The position numbers were made by a program, and so were the translations under genes. Under the pieces are notes generated by a model. That model made no database searches and was not told the origin of the DNA. It saw only the letters and a list, made by a program, of their open reading frames with translations. Shown here piece after piece: positions 1-11,087 of a stretch of 64,000 bases of DNA. The stretch spans positions 523,827-587,826 of the forward strand of contig CALSSQ010000001.1 of the NCBI GenBank assembly GCA_943789065.1. The letters are read 5' to 3'. Position 1 is the stretch's first letter. Each line of letters opens with the position of its first letter. Origin of the DNA: an uncultured Candidatus Actinomarinales bacterium (GTDB lineage Bacteria > Actinomycetota > Acidimicrobiia > Actinomarinales > Actinomarinaceae).

Positions 1-1613
1 GACCAGCATATGCAATACTTCAAGTAATTTTTGGACGTCTGCAAAGTGAAGTCCTGTTGTGGGTTCATCTAGGATATACATTGTTTGACCTGTAGAACGT
101 TTGCTTAATTCCTTAGCAAGCTTAACTCTTTGAGCTTCTCCCCCAGAAAGTGTTGTAGCTGCTTGACCTAAGGTAATATAAGAAAGCCCAACATCATCTA
201 ATGTTTTGATTATTTTAAAAATTGAGGGCTGATTTTCAAATATTTTCAATGAATTTTCAATAGTTGAGTTCAGAATATCAGCAATACTGTAGCCTTTCCA
301 TTTTATACTCAATGTTTCTGGATTGTATCTTGAACCATCACAGTCTTCACATTTAACATATACATCAGGTAGGAAATACATTTCAACTTTAATTGTGCCG
401 TCACCCCTACATACTTCACACCTACCACCAGGTACATTAAAAGAGAATCTTCCTGGTTTATATCCTCTGATTTTAGATTCTTCAGTCATAGAATATAATT
501 TACGAATCATATCGAAGACACCAGAATAAGTGGCTGGGTTTGATCGAGGTGTTCGTCCAATTGGTGATTGATCTATTTCAATTAACTTATCTAGGTAATT
601 TAATCCTGAGATACTTTTATGTATACCAGGAGGTATCCAATTCTTTCTTGTAAATTCATTTTGAATAGCCTTAGATAAAATTTCGGTTACAAGTGTCGAT
701 TTTCCACTTCCGGAGACTCCTGTAACGGAAATAAATTTACCAAGAGGAAACTCAACTGTAAGGTTTTTTAAATTATTTTCTTGGGCTCCTCTTAATACAA
801 TTTTTGACTTGTTTCCTTGCCTTCTTACTTTCGGATATGGAACTTTAACTTTTCCAGAAAGGTATCTACCTGTTATAGATTTCTTTACTTGAGCAACCTC
901 TTCCCATGTTCCAGATGCGACAATATTTCCACCTTGTTCGCCAGCTCCCCAGCCAATATCAATTAGGTGATCTGATTGCTTCATGGTTTCTTCATCATGC
1001 TCCACTACTAGTACAGTATTTCCTAGATTTCTAAGCCGTATTAATGTTTCTATTAATTTGTTATTATCCGATTGGTGTAATCCTATGGAAGGCTCGTCTA
1101 AAACATATAAGACTCCAGTCAAACCTGAGCCAATTTGTGTGGCTAATCTAATTCTTTGAGCTTCTCCACCTGAGAGTGTTGCGGCTCCACGATTTAATTG
1201 AAGATAACCAAGTCCTACTTCGTTTAAAAAGTTAAGTCTTTCTTTTATTTCTCTAAGAATAGCTTCTGCTATCTCTTTAGAGTTTCCTGTAAGTTTTAAT
1301 TTATCAATAACATCATAAGCCTTGGTTATTGATAGTTTATTGAACTGTCCTAATGTTAGTGACTTTACCTGCACCATTCTTGATCGTTCATTAAGTCTCT
1401 CACCTTCGCAACCACCACATGGAAGTTCACGCATAAATTGCATGTAGTAGTCACGTGCATGGTCTGATGTAGTTTCTTCGTAAAGTCTTTTAAACATTGG
1501 GATTATTCCAGGATATGGTCTCTCCCAAGTTCTTGAATTACCAAATCTATTTGTATATCTAATAGGAGTCTTAATTCCGTCACTTCCATTTAGTAATATA
1601 TGCTTATCGTTTT
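1..1613 (-). CDS. uvrA: Excinuclease ABC subunit A (UvrA), C-terminal ~535 codons. It runs off the window start (gene 3' end not in window) and is out of frame with the N-terminal fragment.
   Basis: Manual reverse-complement translation of 1..1613 gives a continuous UvrA sequence. It includes LSGGEAQRIRLATQIGSGLTGVLYVLDEPSIGLHQSDN, VLVVEHDEETM and the second ABC signature LSGGEAQRVKLAKELSKR...YILDEPTTGLHFADVQKLL. It is not in the ORF track because it runs off the edge. Confidence 0.8.
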
Positions 1614-2624
1614 CGGAAAATCTTTATAAGAAATATCCATTGGTATCTCAAAAAATTCACAGACACCATAAATCTGTGCTCTAAAGTATTTTCTAGTAGA
1701 CATATCGGGAAATACATTTTCACCTATGCTTAATTCTCTATTTTTAATCAATAGTTTTTCATCAATCTCATAATTTATACCAAGCCCATTACACGTATTA
1801 CAAGCACCAAAAGGTGAGTTGAATGAAAAGTCTCGTGGCTCAAGTTTGTCATAAGAAGTTCCACATTCTAGGCAGCCTAGATTCTGACTATAATTCTGAA
1901 TATTTTCATTAAATCTTATATCAAGAGTTCCCCCAGTAAGCTTTAATGCTGTTTCAATAGATTGAGGTAATCGTCTTCCTGGTGTTTTTTTAATTTTAAC
2001 TCTATCTACAAGAACAGATATGTCATGATTGAAATATTTATCAAGTCTCTTTGCCTCATCAAGTCTTGTGAGTTCACCGTCTATATAAGCTCTTGTAAAT
2101 CCATCTTTTAATAAATCCTTAAAAAGTGATTCAAACTCACCCTTTCTGGATTTAACTACTGGAGCTAGAATCTCTATGTCTACGTTTTCACCAAGGGACA
2201 TAACTTGATTTACAATAAAATCTACTGACTGTTTTTCAATTTTAGAACCACATATTGGACAGTAACTTATACCAATTCTCGCCCAGAGTAAACGAAGATA
2301 GTCGTGCACTTCGGTAACTGTACCCACTGTTGATCTTGGACTTCTTGAAGATGTTTTTTGGTCGATCGCTATAGCAGGTGACAATCCCTCAATACTTTCA
2401 ACATCTGGCTTTTCCATTTGTCCTAAAAATTGTCGAGCATAAGCCGATAAACTTTCAACATACCTACGCTGTCCTTCTGCATATATTGTATCAAAAGCAA
2501 GTGATGATTTGCCCGATCCTGACAAACCAGTAATTACTACAAATTTATTTTTTGGAATATCGAGTGAAATATTTTTTAAATTATGTTCTTTTGCGCCTTT
2601 TACTTTTAAATAATCTTGAGACAT
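1590..2624 (-). CDS. uvrA: Excinuclease ABC subunit A (UvrA), N-terminal 344 codons, ending in a premature stop after a frameshift.
   Basis: Walker A motif [34 protein letters not shown] and zinc-finger cysteines. The ORF ends ...[11 protein letters not shown] where the UvrA sequence continues in another frame ([17 protein letters not shown]...). Confidence 0.8.
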   Translation of the reverse strand: MSQDYLKVKGAKEHNLKNISLDIPKNKFVVITGLSGSGKSSLAFDTIYAEGQRRYVESLSAYARQFLGQMEKPDVESIEGLSPAIAIDQKTSSRSPRSTVGTVTEVHDYLRLLWARIGISYCPICGSKIEKQSVDFIVNQVMSLGENVDIEILAPVVKSRKGEFESLFKDLLKDGFTRAYIDGELTRLDEAKRLDKYFNHDISVLVDRVKIKKTPGRRLPQSIETALKLTGGTLDIRFNENIQNYSQNLGCLECGTSYDKLEPRDFSFNSPFGACNTCNGLGINYEIDEKLLIKNRELSIGENVFPDMSTRKYFRAQIYGVCEFFEIPMDISYKDFPKTISIYY

Positions 2625-3625
2625 TAGCTTGGTAACTCCATAATTTCTTTTTTAATCTCTTTAAGTTCGTCCCTTAATCTAGCAGCTAATTCAAACTCTA
2701 ATAAATCAGCGGCAACCTTCATTTCCTTTTCAATATTTTTCGAGATTTTGTATAGATCCTGCTTTGAGGCATTGCTCAAATCTATATTCGATTTGAAATC
2801 CATATCATCCCTTGATGGTCTATTTTTCTCAACCATTTCAAGAATGTCGGTTATCTCTTTTGATATTGTTGTAGGGGTAATGCCGTATTTTTTGTTGTGG
2901 GCAATTTGGATTTCTCTTCTTCGCTCAGTTTCGTAAACTGATTTTGCAATTGAGTCAGTTTTTCTATCAGCATACATAATTACGTACCCATCCTTATTTC
3001 GAGCTGCTCTACCTATTGTTTGTATAAGGCTTGTCTCTGATCTTAAGAATCCTTCTTTATCCGCATCCATAATTGCTACGAGTTCTACTTCTGGTAAATC
3101 TAATCCCTCTCGCAAGAGGTTTATACCGACTAAGACATCGAATTCACCTTTTCTTAAATCGCGCAGTATTTCAATTCTTTCAAGGGTGTCTATGTCTGAA
3201 TGTAGATATCTAGTCTTAATTCCCATCTTTAAAAAATAGTCACTTAAAGCTTCACTCATTTTTTTAGTTAAAGTTGTAACTAAAACCCTATTTCCTCTGC
3301 CAATAACTTGATTTATCTCTTTTAACAAATCCTCAATTTGATTTTCAGTTGGCCTAATAATAATATTTGGATCTATTAGTCCTGTTGGTCTAATTATTTG
3401 CTCCACAAAGTTACTTGAATTTGCATTTTCCCACTTACCTGGGGTAGCTGATACAAGTACGGTATTTTTAATTTTTCCTTGCCATTCTTCAAATTTTAAA
3501 GGTCTATTATCTAAAGCAGCTGGGAGTCTAAAACCATAATCGACTAATGTTGTTTTTCTAGATTTATCACCCGCAAATTGTCCCCTTATTTGAGGTATCG
3601 CAATGTGGCTCTCGTCGACGACCAT
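2624..3625 (-). CDS. uvrB: Excinuclease ABC subunit B (UvrB), C-terminal fragment (helicase C domain plus UVR domain).
   Basis: MVVDESHIAIPQIRGQFAGDKSRKTTLVDYGFRLPAALDNRPL and a C-terminal UVR coiled coil (LAARLRDELKEIKKEI). The upstream frame continues as [10 protein letters not shown] but is out of frame with the middle fragment. Confidence 0.85.
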   Translation of the reverse strand: MVVDESHIAIPQIRGQFAGDKSRKTTLVDYGFRLPAALDNRPLKFEEWQGKIKNTVLVSATPGKWENANSSNFVEQIIRPTGLIDPNIIIRPTENQIEDLLKEINQVIGRGNRVLVTTLTKKMSEALSDYFLKMGIKTRYLHSDIDTLERIEILRDLRKGEFDVLVGINLLREGLDLPEVELVAIMDADKEGFLRSETSLIQTIGRAARNKDGYVIMYADRKTDSIAKSVYETERRREIQIAHNKKYGITPTTISKEITDILEMVEKNRPSRDDMDFKSNIDLSNASKQDLYKISKNIEKEMKVAADLLEFELAARLRDELKEIKKEIMELPS

Positions 3626-3648
3626 TAAAAATTCTTCCTGAAAGAAAT

Positions 3649-4038
3649 CTAGTAATGTGTATACGGTGGATCACCTGGTTTTCTTCCATCAAAATATCTG
3701 GAATAATTCTCTATTCCTGAGCACACCCCTAACTCTCTCAACATCTCCAAATCAAACATAGTTCTTTGTTTAATTCTTTGAGCCTCTAATAATTTATCCT
3801 GTTTTTCAAACTTTTTTATCTGTTTATTCATATCTTTTTCAATTTGATTTAAAGCATTGTTCATGACATCCTCAGATGTTACGTAATGTGAAGCTGGAAG
3901 AATTGCTAGTTCTGTAAGTTTTTCTAATATTTCACCAGTAACAGGATCTATTCTCAGAATATTCTCGATTTCGTCACCAAAATATTCAACTCTAAAAATT
4001 GTTTCCTCATACACAGGGAAATATGTCCAGGGTGTCAC
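3649..4038 (-). CDS. uvrB: UvrB middle fragment (between two frameshifts).
   Basis: [30 protein letters not shown]...[18 protein letters not shown] matches the UvrB core. It is flanked by frame changes at both ends. Confidence 0.8.
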   Translation of the reverse strand: MTPWTYFPVYEETIFRVEYFGDEIENILRIDPVTGEILEKLTELAILPASHYVTSEDVMNNALNQIEKDMNKQIKKFEKQDKLLEAQRIKQRTMFDLEMLRELGVCSGIENYSRYFDGRKPGDPPYTHY

Positions 4039-4636
4039 CTTTAAGCCTGAATGTTCCTCTTGTGACTACAAGATCATTTCTTACGTACTGTTGTCGAATG
4101 AGTTCTTCTAATAGTTGGTCAAGTTCAAATTCCTCACCCTTAAAAAGAGGTATAATTTTATTTTTATACTCTTGGGGAGACCCCAGTCCATATATACAAG
4201 ACACTGATGAAACTACTATGACGTCTTTTCTTAGTAACAATGCACTTGTGGCTGAATGTCTTAATCTGTCGATCTCTTCATTTATATTTGAATCTTTTTC
4301 TATAAAAGTATCTGTCCTTGGAACATAAGCTTCAGGTTGATAGTAGTCGTAATATGATACAAAATATTCAACCCTATTTTCTGGAAAAAATTGCTTAAAC
4401 TCATTAGCTAGTTGAGCAGCTAATGCTTTATTTGGAGCAAGTACAAGGGAGGGCATTTGCAACTCTTCAATAAGCCATGCTATTGTGGCAGACTTTCCAG
4501 AACCTGTAATACCCATTAAAGTTTGGTAATCTAATCCATTTGTAACACCATTTTTTAGATTTTGTATTGCTTTTGGCTGATCTCCTTGTGGTGTAAAATC
4601 AGATATTACTTTAAACTTATTCATTTTTCGAATCAA
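4007..4636 (-). CDS. uvrB: UvrB N-terminal fragment.
   Basis: [39 protein letters not shown]...[12 protein letters not shown]; ends [10 protein letters not shown] where UvrB continues as VYEET in the next frame. Confidence 0.85.
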   Translation of the reverse strand: MIRKMNKFKVISDFTPQGDQPKAIQNLKNGVTNGLDYQTLMGITGSGKSATIAWLIEELQMPSLVLAPNKALAAQLANEFKQFFPENRVEYFVSYYDYYQPEAYVPRTDTFIEKDSNINEEIDRLRHSATSALLLRKDVIVVSSVSCIYGLGSPQEYKNKIIPLFKGEEFELDQLLEELIRQQYVRNDLVVTRGTFRLKGDTLDIFPCV

Positions 4637-5177
4637 AGAAATTATCTAGTTGTGCTTGTAATTCTTTAACTGAAGTATTTTCTATCACCAACCCAAGTGA
4701 TTTCCACCAAGATTCATCTTGTTGAGTTTTAATTCGATTGTCTATATCAGTTAATGACATACCTCTTTTTTTAAGTCTGTTTCTACGAGTTTGTTCGTCA
4801 GCAAAAATAACAACAGTAGGATAAAGTTTAGAAATATTTTTAGGGGCTGAAGCCTCTATGAATAAGTGTTCTTTGGTTTCCTGTATTACTACTAATACTC
4901 GTTCCGTTACTAAAGGATGTAAAAAGTTTTCTAGTAATCTAAGTTTTTCAGAATTTGTAAAAACAATATCTGCTAATAATTGTCTATCAACAGTATTTCC
5001 TTTTACACAATTGCTGAACTCTTCTTTTAAAAATGGTAAAGAATCTTGACTTTGTAAGATTTCGTTTGAAATTTGATCTAAATCAATTGTTTTAAAGTTT
5101 TTGTTCGCTAAATATTCACAAGCAGTGGACTTCCCACTTCCTATTGGGCCTGTAATAATTGTTACTCTTGAATCCAT
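4617..5177 (-). CDS. coaE: Dephospho-CoA kinase.
   Basis: P-loop [11 protein letters not shown] at the N-terminus, length 186 aa, and position between rpsA and uvrB as in mycobacteria. Confidence 0.8.
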   Translation of the reverse strand: MDSRVTIITGPIGSGKSTACEYLANKNFKTIDLDQISNEILQSQDSLPFLKEEFSNCVKGNTVDRQLLADIVFTNSEKLRLLENFLHPLVTERVLVVIQETKEHLFIEASAPKNISKLYPTVVIFADEQTRRNRLKKRGMSLTDIDNRIKTQQDESWWKSLGLVIENTSVKELQAQLDNFFDSKNE

Positions 5178-5207
5178 ATGCTTAAGGATAAAGAATATTA
5201 GGAACTA

Positions 5208-6485
5208 TTAGGAGTTTCCTATTCCTCTTTCTTTGAGTTCCTGAAGAATATTCTCTAAAGACTCATCTACACCTTCAACAGTTTGACGTTCTTGTTTTTG
5301 TTCTTGTTTTTCCTCAGATTGTGATGAGTGAGTTTTAGGAGCATTTTTCTTTTCTTCCACATCTTTCCAATTCGGATCAGCTTGTTTGATTGAAAGATTA
5401 ACTCTCCTTTTAGGTATATCAAGTTCAGTAATTTTAATTTTGACTTTTTGCCCTATAGCGAGTGCTAATTCTGGAGAATCGACTTTATCAACTGAAATCT
5501 CTGAAACGTGAACTAGTCCCTCTACACCTTTTCCGATAGTGACAAATGCACCGAATGGTACTACTTTGGTAACTTCGCCATCAACAATGTCATCTTGTTT
5601 GTATTGTAATTCAAAATCTGCCCATGGATCTTCTGTTACTTGTTTAATAGATAATGATATTCTTTCTTTGTCGTTGTCTATTTCAAGAACTTTTACAGTA
5701 ACGGTATCTCCAACTTTTACGACTTCATTCGGATTCTCTACATGTCTCCATGATAATTCTGAAACGTGAACTAGGCCATCCATACCACCAATGTCAACGA
5801 ATGCTCCAAAATTAACAATCGAAGATATCTTACCTTCTTTGATATTTCCAACCTCTAAATTTTCTAAGAAACTCTTTCTTTCTCCTGATTGTTCTTGTTC
5901 TAAGTGAGCTTTTCGTGAAAGTACAATATTATTTCTCTGACGATCAAGTTCTAAAATTTTTGCTTCTATCTCTTCACCAATATAAGAAGTTAATTCCTTT
6001 ACTCTCCGGACGTCAATTAAGGAAGCGGGAAGAAAACCTCTTACGCCAATGTCTACAATTAACCCACCTTTTACACTTTCAATTACTGTCCCTTTGACAG
6101 ATTTGTCATTATCTGAGATCTCTTGAATGTCCCCCCAAGCTTTTTCATAAATAGCCCTTTTAACAGAAAGAATAAGTCTTCCTTCATCATCTTCTTTATC
6201 CAATACAAGAGCTTGAATCTTGTCACCTTCATTTACAAGATCTTTAGGGTTGACCGATTTTCGAACTGATAATTCTCTGGATGGTATTACTCCTTCTGAT
6301 TTGTAACCAACATCTACCATTACTTCATTTCGGTCTATGCGGACAATAGTTCCTTCAATAACGTCACCATCATTAAAAGTTATTAGAGTTTTTTCTAGTA
6401 AATCTGGGAAATCTTCAGGTTTGATATCGTCTGGGAGTTCAACAACGTTTGAAGGTTCAATTACCTTCTCTTGATTATCTGTCAT
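5208..6485 (-). CDS. rpsA: 30S ribosomal protein S1.
   Basis: Four tandem S1 domains with repeated GxV.GxV...G(A)FV motifs, 425 aa, acidic C-terminus. Confidence 0.85.
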   Translation of the reverse strand: MTDNQEKVIEPSNVVELPDDIKPEDFPDLLEKTLITFNDGDVIEGTIVRIDRNEVMVDVGYKSEGVIPSRELSVRKSVNPKDLVNEGDKIQALVLDKEDDEGRLILSVKRAIYEKAWGDIQEISDNDKSVKGTVIESVKGGLIVDIGVRGFLPASLIDVRRVKELTSYIGEEIEAKILELDRQRNNIVLSRKAHLEQEQSGERKSFLENLEVGNIKEGKISSIVNFGAFVDIGGMDGLVHVSELSWRHVENPNEVVKVGDTVTVKVLEIDNDKERISLSIKQVTEDPWADFELQYKQDDIVDGEVTKVVPFGAFVTIGKGVEGLVHVSEISVDKVDSPELALAIGQKVKIKITELDIPKRRVNLSIKQADPNWKDVEEKKNAPKTHSSQSEEKQEQKQERQTVEGVDESLENILQELKERGIGNS

Positions 6486-6558
6486 ATAGTTTAATTATTT
6501 CCAATCATATTATTTTCGACTTTTAGCATAACATATCTACAGTTTTTACAAACGAATA

Positions 6559-9060
6559 TTAATTATTTGCTAAATTTTTATTATTTTTTATATTAACAAA
6601 TAATGGAACTTTAAGTTGGGTTGCGCTTTCCATTTCGGTTCTTATGATGTTTGTGACCTCTTCAATGTTTGCAATAGGTGTCTGAACTATAATCTCGTCA
6701 TGGATCTGTAGTAATAAATCTGTAGATTTTAAATCTGATATTTTACTTTCCACCTTAAGCATTGCTATTTTCATAATATCTGCTGCTGTTCCTTGAATGG
6801 GAGCATTCATTGCAATTCTTTTTCCCATGGCTTTTAGTTGAAAGTTAGAAGAACCTAACTCTTTTATAATTCGTTTTCTTCCATAAAGTGTTTTTGTAAA
6901 CCCATTTTTTTCAGCATCCGATACTATTGTGTCCAAAAATCCTTTTATTTTCGGGAACTGAGAAAAATATGCATCTATGAGTTCTTGTGCTTCATTTTTA
7001 GTAATATCAAGACTTTTAGAAAGTCCAAATGATTCCATTCCATAAATAAGACCAAAGTTAACTTCTTTAGCCTTTCTTCTCATATCTTTTGTTACTGAAG
7101 CTAAGCTGACGTTAAAAATTCTTGATGCAGTTTCAGTGTGGATATCAGAATCAATAGAACTAAGGATTTCTATCATATTTTTATCAGTACTTAGATGGGC
7201 AAGTACTCGTAATTCAATTTGTGAGTAGTCAGAAATAATAAAAGTATGATTCGTGTCAGCAATAAAGAATTCCCTTATTTTTTGGCCAATATCTGTTTTA
7301 TTAGGAATATTTTGGAGATTTGGTTTTTCTGAAGATAGCCGACCAGTTGTTGTTCCAAAAAGATTGTAAGTTGTATGAATTCTATTTTTATCGGTAATTT
7401 CTGTTTTTAAACCATCAATATAGGTAGATCTAATTTTTTCATATTCTCGATATTTCAATATATATTTAGGGAGTTCGTAATCTTTCGAAAGTTCTTCAAG
7501 TACTGAACCATCCGTTGACGGTGCTCCTTTTGGAGTCTTTTTAATCACAGGAAGGTTCATGTCTTCAAATAGAACTTTAGCTAATTGTTTCGGAGAATTT
7601 AAATTAAACTCTTGCTTGGTTATCTCGAGTATTTTTTCTCTATAATCAGAGATTTCTTGATTGATAATTTTTGAAAGAGTTTCAATTTTTTTATTTGAAA
7701 CTTTAACTCCTTTAATCTGCATAGAGTTAAGTACAGATACAATCGGGAAGTCTAATTCTTCATAAAGTTTTATTAAAGATTTATCAGATTTGAAATTCTT
7801 TAAATCAGTTATTATATGATTGTAATTTAAATTAAAAAATTTAATAAAGTCATCAATTGTGGATTTTTTATTTAGAAGATTAGCTTGTTCTATATGTTTA
7901 CAAACATTTAAAAGATTATCCGGTCTTTTATTGGGATCGTGTAAAAATAAAAGACAATCGTAAGCAGTAACATACTTATTATCCAATTTAGGTAATGTAG
8001 TAAATAATTTTTGAGTTGTAAGTGAAATGAAATCTTTATCAATGACTACCCCATCTACCAATCGTCCTGCTATCTCATCGTTGACAACATAAATATTATT
8101 TTCAAATTCAAAAAGTAAAGAATTGATTGGGAAATTTTTTGAACTAATTTCATTTATAGTTAGGTCTGTAGAATCAACATCAGTAATCTCTTGTTGAGAT
8201 TTATACTTTCTTATATATTTATTAAGTTCAAGCTTTGTAACTTGCTCTTGTGAATCTTTTAGAACGTTATCTGAATAAAATATAGTATCTTCAATTTTGA
8301 TATCAGGTATCTTAAGTTCTAAATCGGTACGAATTGTTGCTAGGTCTTTACTCATCAATAGTATTTCTTTATTATCCTCAAATGAACCTTTTATTTTCGG
8401 AGTTAATTCATCTAGATTTTTATAAATAGTATTAATATCTTTATATTTTTGTAATAAATTAATTGCCGTTTTTTCACCAACTCCTGGTAAACCTGGGATG
8501 TTATCAGAAGGATCACCTTTTAAGGCAAGATATTCAACATATTGCTTTGTGTTTATTCCAAATTTATTTACGAAGAATTTTTCATCTACCAGATCAACAT
8601 CTGAAATACCCCGTTTTGTATATAGTATTTTTGTCTTATTAGAAATCAATTGATATGTATCTCTATCGCCGGTAACAATAAGAACTTTTTTATTTTTCTG
8701 ATTTAACGTCACGGAGAGAGATCCTAAAACATCATCAGCTTCATAACCCTCTTTTGAAACTTGTGGAATGTTAAACGTATCCAACAGATTGTGTAATAGA
8801 GGTACTTGAATATTAAAATTATCAGGTGCAGACGTTCTGTTGGCTTTGTAATCTGTGTATATATCATTTCTAAAGGTATTTCCTGGTAGATCCCACGTTA
8901 CAATTAATTGTTCTAATTTATAGTCTGACGTTATTTTATTGAGCATTGATAAAAAGCCATGGATGACGTTTGTTGGAGTACCCTTGGATGTCATCAAAGT
9001 TTCAGGCAAAGCATAAAAAGCCCTGAAAGCAATGCTAAAACCATCAATGAGAACAATCAT
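6559..9060 (-). CDS. polA: DNA polymerase I.
   Basis: N-terminal 5'-3' exonuclease domain (MIVLIDGFSIAFRAFYALP), C-terminal family-A polymerase motifs (RRKAKEVNFGLIYG, QIHDEIIV); 833 aa. Confidence 0.9.
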   Translation of the reverse strand: MIVLIDGFSIAFRAFYALPETLMTSKGTPTNVIHGFLSMLNKITSDYKLEQLIVTWDLPGNTFRNDIYTDYKANRTSAPDNFNIQVPLLHNLLDTFNIPQVSKEGYEADDVLGSLSVTLNQKNKKVLIVTGDRDTYQLISNKTKILYTKRGISDVDLVDEKFFVNKFGINTKQYVEYLALKGDPSDNIPGLPGVGEKTAINLLQKYKDINTIYKNLDELTPKIKGSFEDNKEILLMSKDLATIRTDLELKIPDIKIEDTIFYSDNVLKDSQEQVTKLELNKYIRKYKSQQEITDVDSTDLTINEISSKNFPINSLLFEFENNIYVVNDEIAGRLVDGVVIDKDFISLTTQKLFTTLPKLDNKYVTAYDCLLFLHDPNKRPDNLLNVCKHIEQANLLNKKSTIDDFIKFFNLNYNHIITDLKNFKSDKSLIKLYEELDFPIVSVLNSMQIKGVKVSNKKIETLSKIINQEISDYREKILEITKQEFNLNSPKQLAKVLFEDMNLPVIKKTPKGAPSTDGSVLEELSKDYELPKYILKYREYEKIRSTYIDGLKTEITDKNRIHTTYNLFGTTTGRLSSEKPNLQNIPNKTDIGQKIREFFIADTNHTFIISDYSQIELRVLAHLSTDKNMIEILSSIDSDIHTETASRIFNVSLASVTKDMRRKAKEVNFGLIYGMESFGLSKSLDITKNEAQELIDAYFSQFPKIKGFLDTIVSDAEKNGFTKTLYGRKRIIKELGSSNFQLKAMGKRIAMNAPIQGTAADIMKIAMLKVESKISDLKSTDLLLQIHDEIIVQTPIANIEEVTNIIRTEMESATQLKVPLFVNIKNNKNLANN

Positions 9061-9129
9061 CCTTTCATTGTAAACTTAAATTATTTTTCTCTCTTTGGAT
9101 TAAATATGAAATATAATCATAGAAGTAAA

Positions 9130-9211
9130 GCCCGGATGGCGGAATTGGCAGACGCGCTGGATTCAAAATCCAGTATCTTCGGATGTGGGGGTTCGACTCC
9201 CCCTCCGGGTA
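9130..9211 (+). tRNA. tRNA-Leu (anticodon CAA).
   Basis: Cloverleaf read by eye. Acceptor gcccgga/tccgggt, D arm, anticodon stem ctgga/tccag with loop ttCAAaa, long variable arm (gtatcttcggatgtg), T arm ggggg-ttcgact-ccccc. No encoded CCA. Confidence 0.8.
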
Positions 9212-9251
9212 CTTTTTATATACAAAAAAACTCTTTGTCTAGAATGGTTAC

Positions 9252-9623
9252 TTGAAGAAGATACCTACATTTAGTTTTACAGTTTTTATTGTATTGATTA
9301 TTTCTTTAATTATTGTTTTCATAAATAGCGATGATACTTTTGGTCAAACTTTTATAGAACAGATCCGGGTTGCTGATAGTGATGACACATTAGATACTCT
9401 ATCCGATGAAAAACTTGTTTCGTTAGGAAAAGCAGTATGTCAATCAAGTGCAGAATGGAAAGATGAAAATAACTCCTTGATAGTAATAAATAATATTGTT
9501 TCAGATTTTGATATAAATACTTCTGTTGACGACAGAATTTTACCAATTTTAAGATTCCAGTCATCGTATGAACTTTGTCCTGAATATGTTGAAAGATTAG
9601 AAAGTCTATTCATTGAAGAATAG
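9252..9623 (+). CDS. Hypothetical membrane-anchored acidic protein (N-terminal transmembrane helix).
   Basis: ORF with hydrophobic N-terminus FSFTVFIVLIISLIIVFI. No recognisable domain. Alternative (TTG) start. Confidence 0.35.
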   Translation: MKKIPTFSFTVFIVLIISLIIVFINSDDTFGQTFIEQIRVADSDDTLDTLSDEKLVSLGKAVCQSSAEWKDENNSLIVINNIVSDFDINTSVDDRILPILRFQSSYELCPEYVERLESLFIEE

Positions 9624-10215
9624 TAAAGAAATTCTTAGTCGTATGCCTCAATTGCTTCTTGGTCTCTTTTTTTGTGGTTTTGGTCTAGCTTTTACAATTG
9701 AAGCTAACTTAGGATTAAACTCTTGGGATGTTTTTCATGACGGGTTTAGCAAGCTTGTAAATGTTAAAATTGGTTTTGCAGGTGTTATAACCGGTTTCAT
9801 TTTGCTTCTTGGGTGGATACCCCTTAAGCAGGTACCATTTATCGGCACAATTATAAACATACTGACGATTGGTAACGTTATTGATTTAACCATGTTATAT
9901 TTGCCAGCTCCTGAATTAATGTATGTTAGACATCTATATCTCTACTTTGGAACAATAGTATTTGCGATGGGAGTTGGCCTTTATATAGGTGCTGGATTGG
10001 GTCCCGGACCAAGAGATGGAATTATGACAGGAATTTCAAAACTGGGACCAAGTATTAGAGTCACAAGAATAGGAATTGACTTTTCTGCATTTATGCTTGG
10101 AGTTTTACTTGGAGGTTCATATGGCTACGGAACGGTTGTAATGGTTCTCTCTGTTGGTCCAATTGTGCAATACTCACTATCAAAATTTGATAAAGGCGCT
10201 ATTTTCTCACTATAA
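9613..10215 (+). CDS. Integral membrane protein, YczE/YitT-like family (putative).
   Basis: About five predicted transmembrane segments with glycine-rich loops (GAGLGPGPRDG); resembles the YczE/YitT family. Confidence 0.4.
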   Translation: MKNSKEILSRMPQLLLGLFFCGFGLAFTIEANLGLNSWDVFHDGFSKLVNVKIGFAGVITGFILLLGWIPLKQVPFIGTIINILTIGNVIDLTMLYLPAPELMYVRHLYLYFGTIVFAMGVGLYIGAGLGPGPRDGIMTGISKLGPSIRVTRIGIDFSAFMLGVLLGGSYGYGTVVMVLSVGPIVQYSLSKFDKGAIFSL

Positions 10216-10501
10216 ATACTTGTACATTCAAATTTATCTCACTATTAGCTTTAATGTAGAGACTTCCTTTTTGATAAATTAATCTTCTTATCGCAGATAC
10301 CGTATCAAATTTATCGTAATCTAATTTATTAACAATATCCTTAACAAGTATTCCATTTTTAACTACGGAAGTAACTGATTGTTCTAATTTAGATAAGTAT
10401 TTTGTATTTTTATACTTTGTTCGGCATTTAGAAGAACACAAAAAATATTTTTCAGAAACATTTTTATAAAGAATTCTTCCGCAATAATCACATCTCTGCA
10501 T
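10199..10501 (-). CDS. Small zinc-ribbon protein (CxxC...CxxxC), hypothetical.
   Basis: N-terminal CDYCGR...CSSKC motif; 100 aa. Confidence 0.35.
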   Translation of the reverse strand: MQRCDYCGRILYKNVSEKYFLCSSKCRTKYKNTKYLSKLEQSVTSVVKNGILVKDIVNKLDYDKFDTVSAIRRLIYQKGSLYIKANSEINLNVQVFIVRK

Positions 10502-10502
10502 T

Positions 10503-11087
10503 CTAAATTTTTATGAATTCCTGAGAGTCTTTGTTCGATTGTAAAAGTCTTCTAGGTCTTCCTCTAAATTTAACTCGGGAAGCTTGCTCTTGACCGAGAA
10601 AACAACCCTTATTAAAGTCAACCATAAAATCCAACCATTTAGTCTCATTTGGGAGGAGACCATCAAGGGTTATTTCTGGTAAAGGTAACTCTAGTATTAA
10701 GGACAGATCAGCCCAGTCGATAATATTTTTTTGATCTAAATTCTCAATAAATTTAAAGTTGTCATCTTGCAATACAAGACCCAAATATTTTTCATCTTTA
10801 ATAATCTCAAGAGAACATTTAGTTCTGATTTTATAAAAATCTAAACTTTCTTTGATGCGGGTGAGCTCTTGTTCGCTCTGGTATATAAATAATTTATCAT
10901 TAACTCTTTTAATAACAAACCAGTGATTAACTTTTCCGTCTGGTTTAAGTAAAAACGATGTTTTAAATATATTGACCATAGGATCTATAGAGATCAAGGA
11001 TTCGATAAATTTAATTGCATCATCTCCTTCTATTTTTAAAGAGTGGGTACTTATTACTGTGTTCATAATTAAATTGTACTCAGCCAA
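10503..11087 (-). CDS. YgfZ/GcvT-like folate-binding protein (short form).
   Basis: C-terminal KGCFLGQEQASRV matches the YgfZ/CAF17 signature K-G-C-[YF]-x-G-Q-E. Confidence 0.5.
   Translation of the reverse strand: MAEYNLIMNTVISTHSLKIEGDDAIKFIESLISIDPMVNIFKTSFLLKPDGKVNHWFVIKRVNDKLFIYQSEQELTRIKESLDFYKIRTKCSLEIIKDEKYLGLVLQDDNFKFIENLDQKNIIDWADLSLILELPLPEITLDGLLPNETKWLDFMVDFNKGCFLGQEQASRVKFRGRPRRLLQSNKDSQEFIKI

Noticed and set aside
8959-9255. 98-aa plus-strand ORF.
   Set aside because: It overlaps the tRNA-Leu gene and the polA 5' end. Its sequence (…RMAELADALDSKSS…) is simply the tRNA read as protein, so it is spurious.
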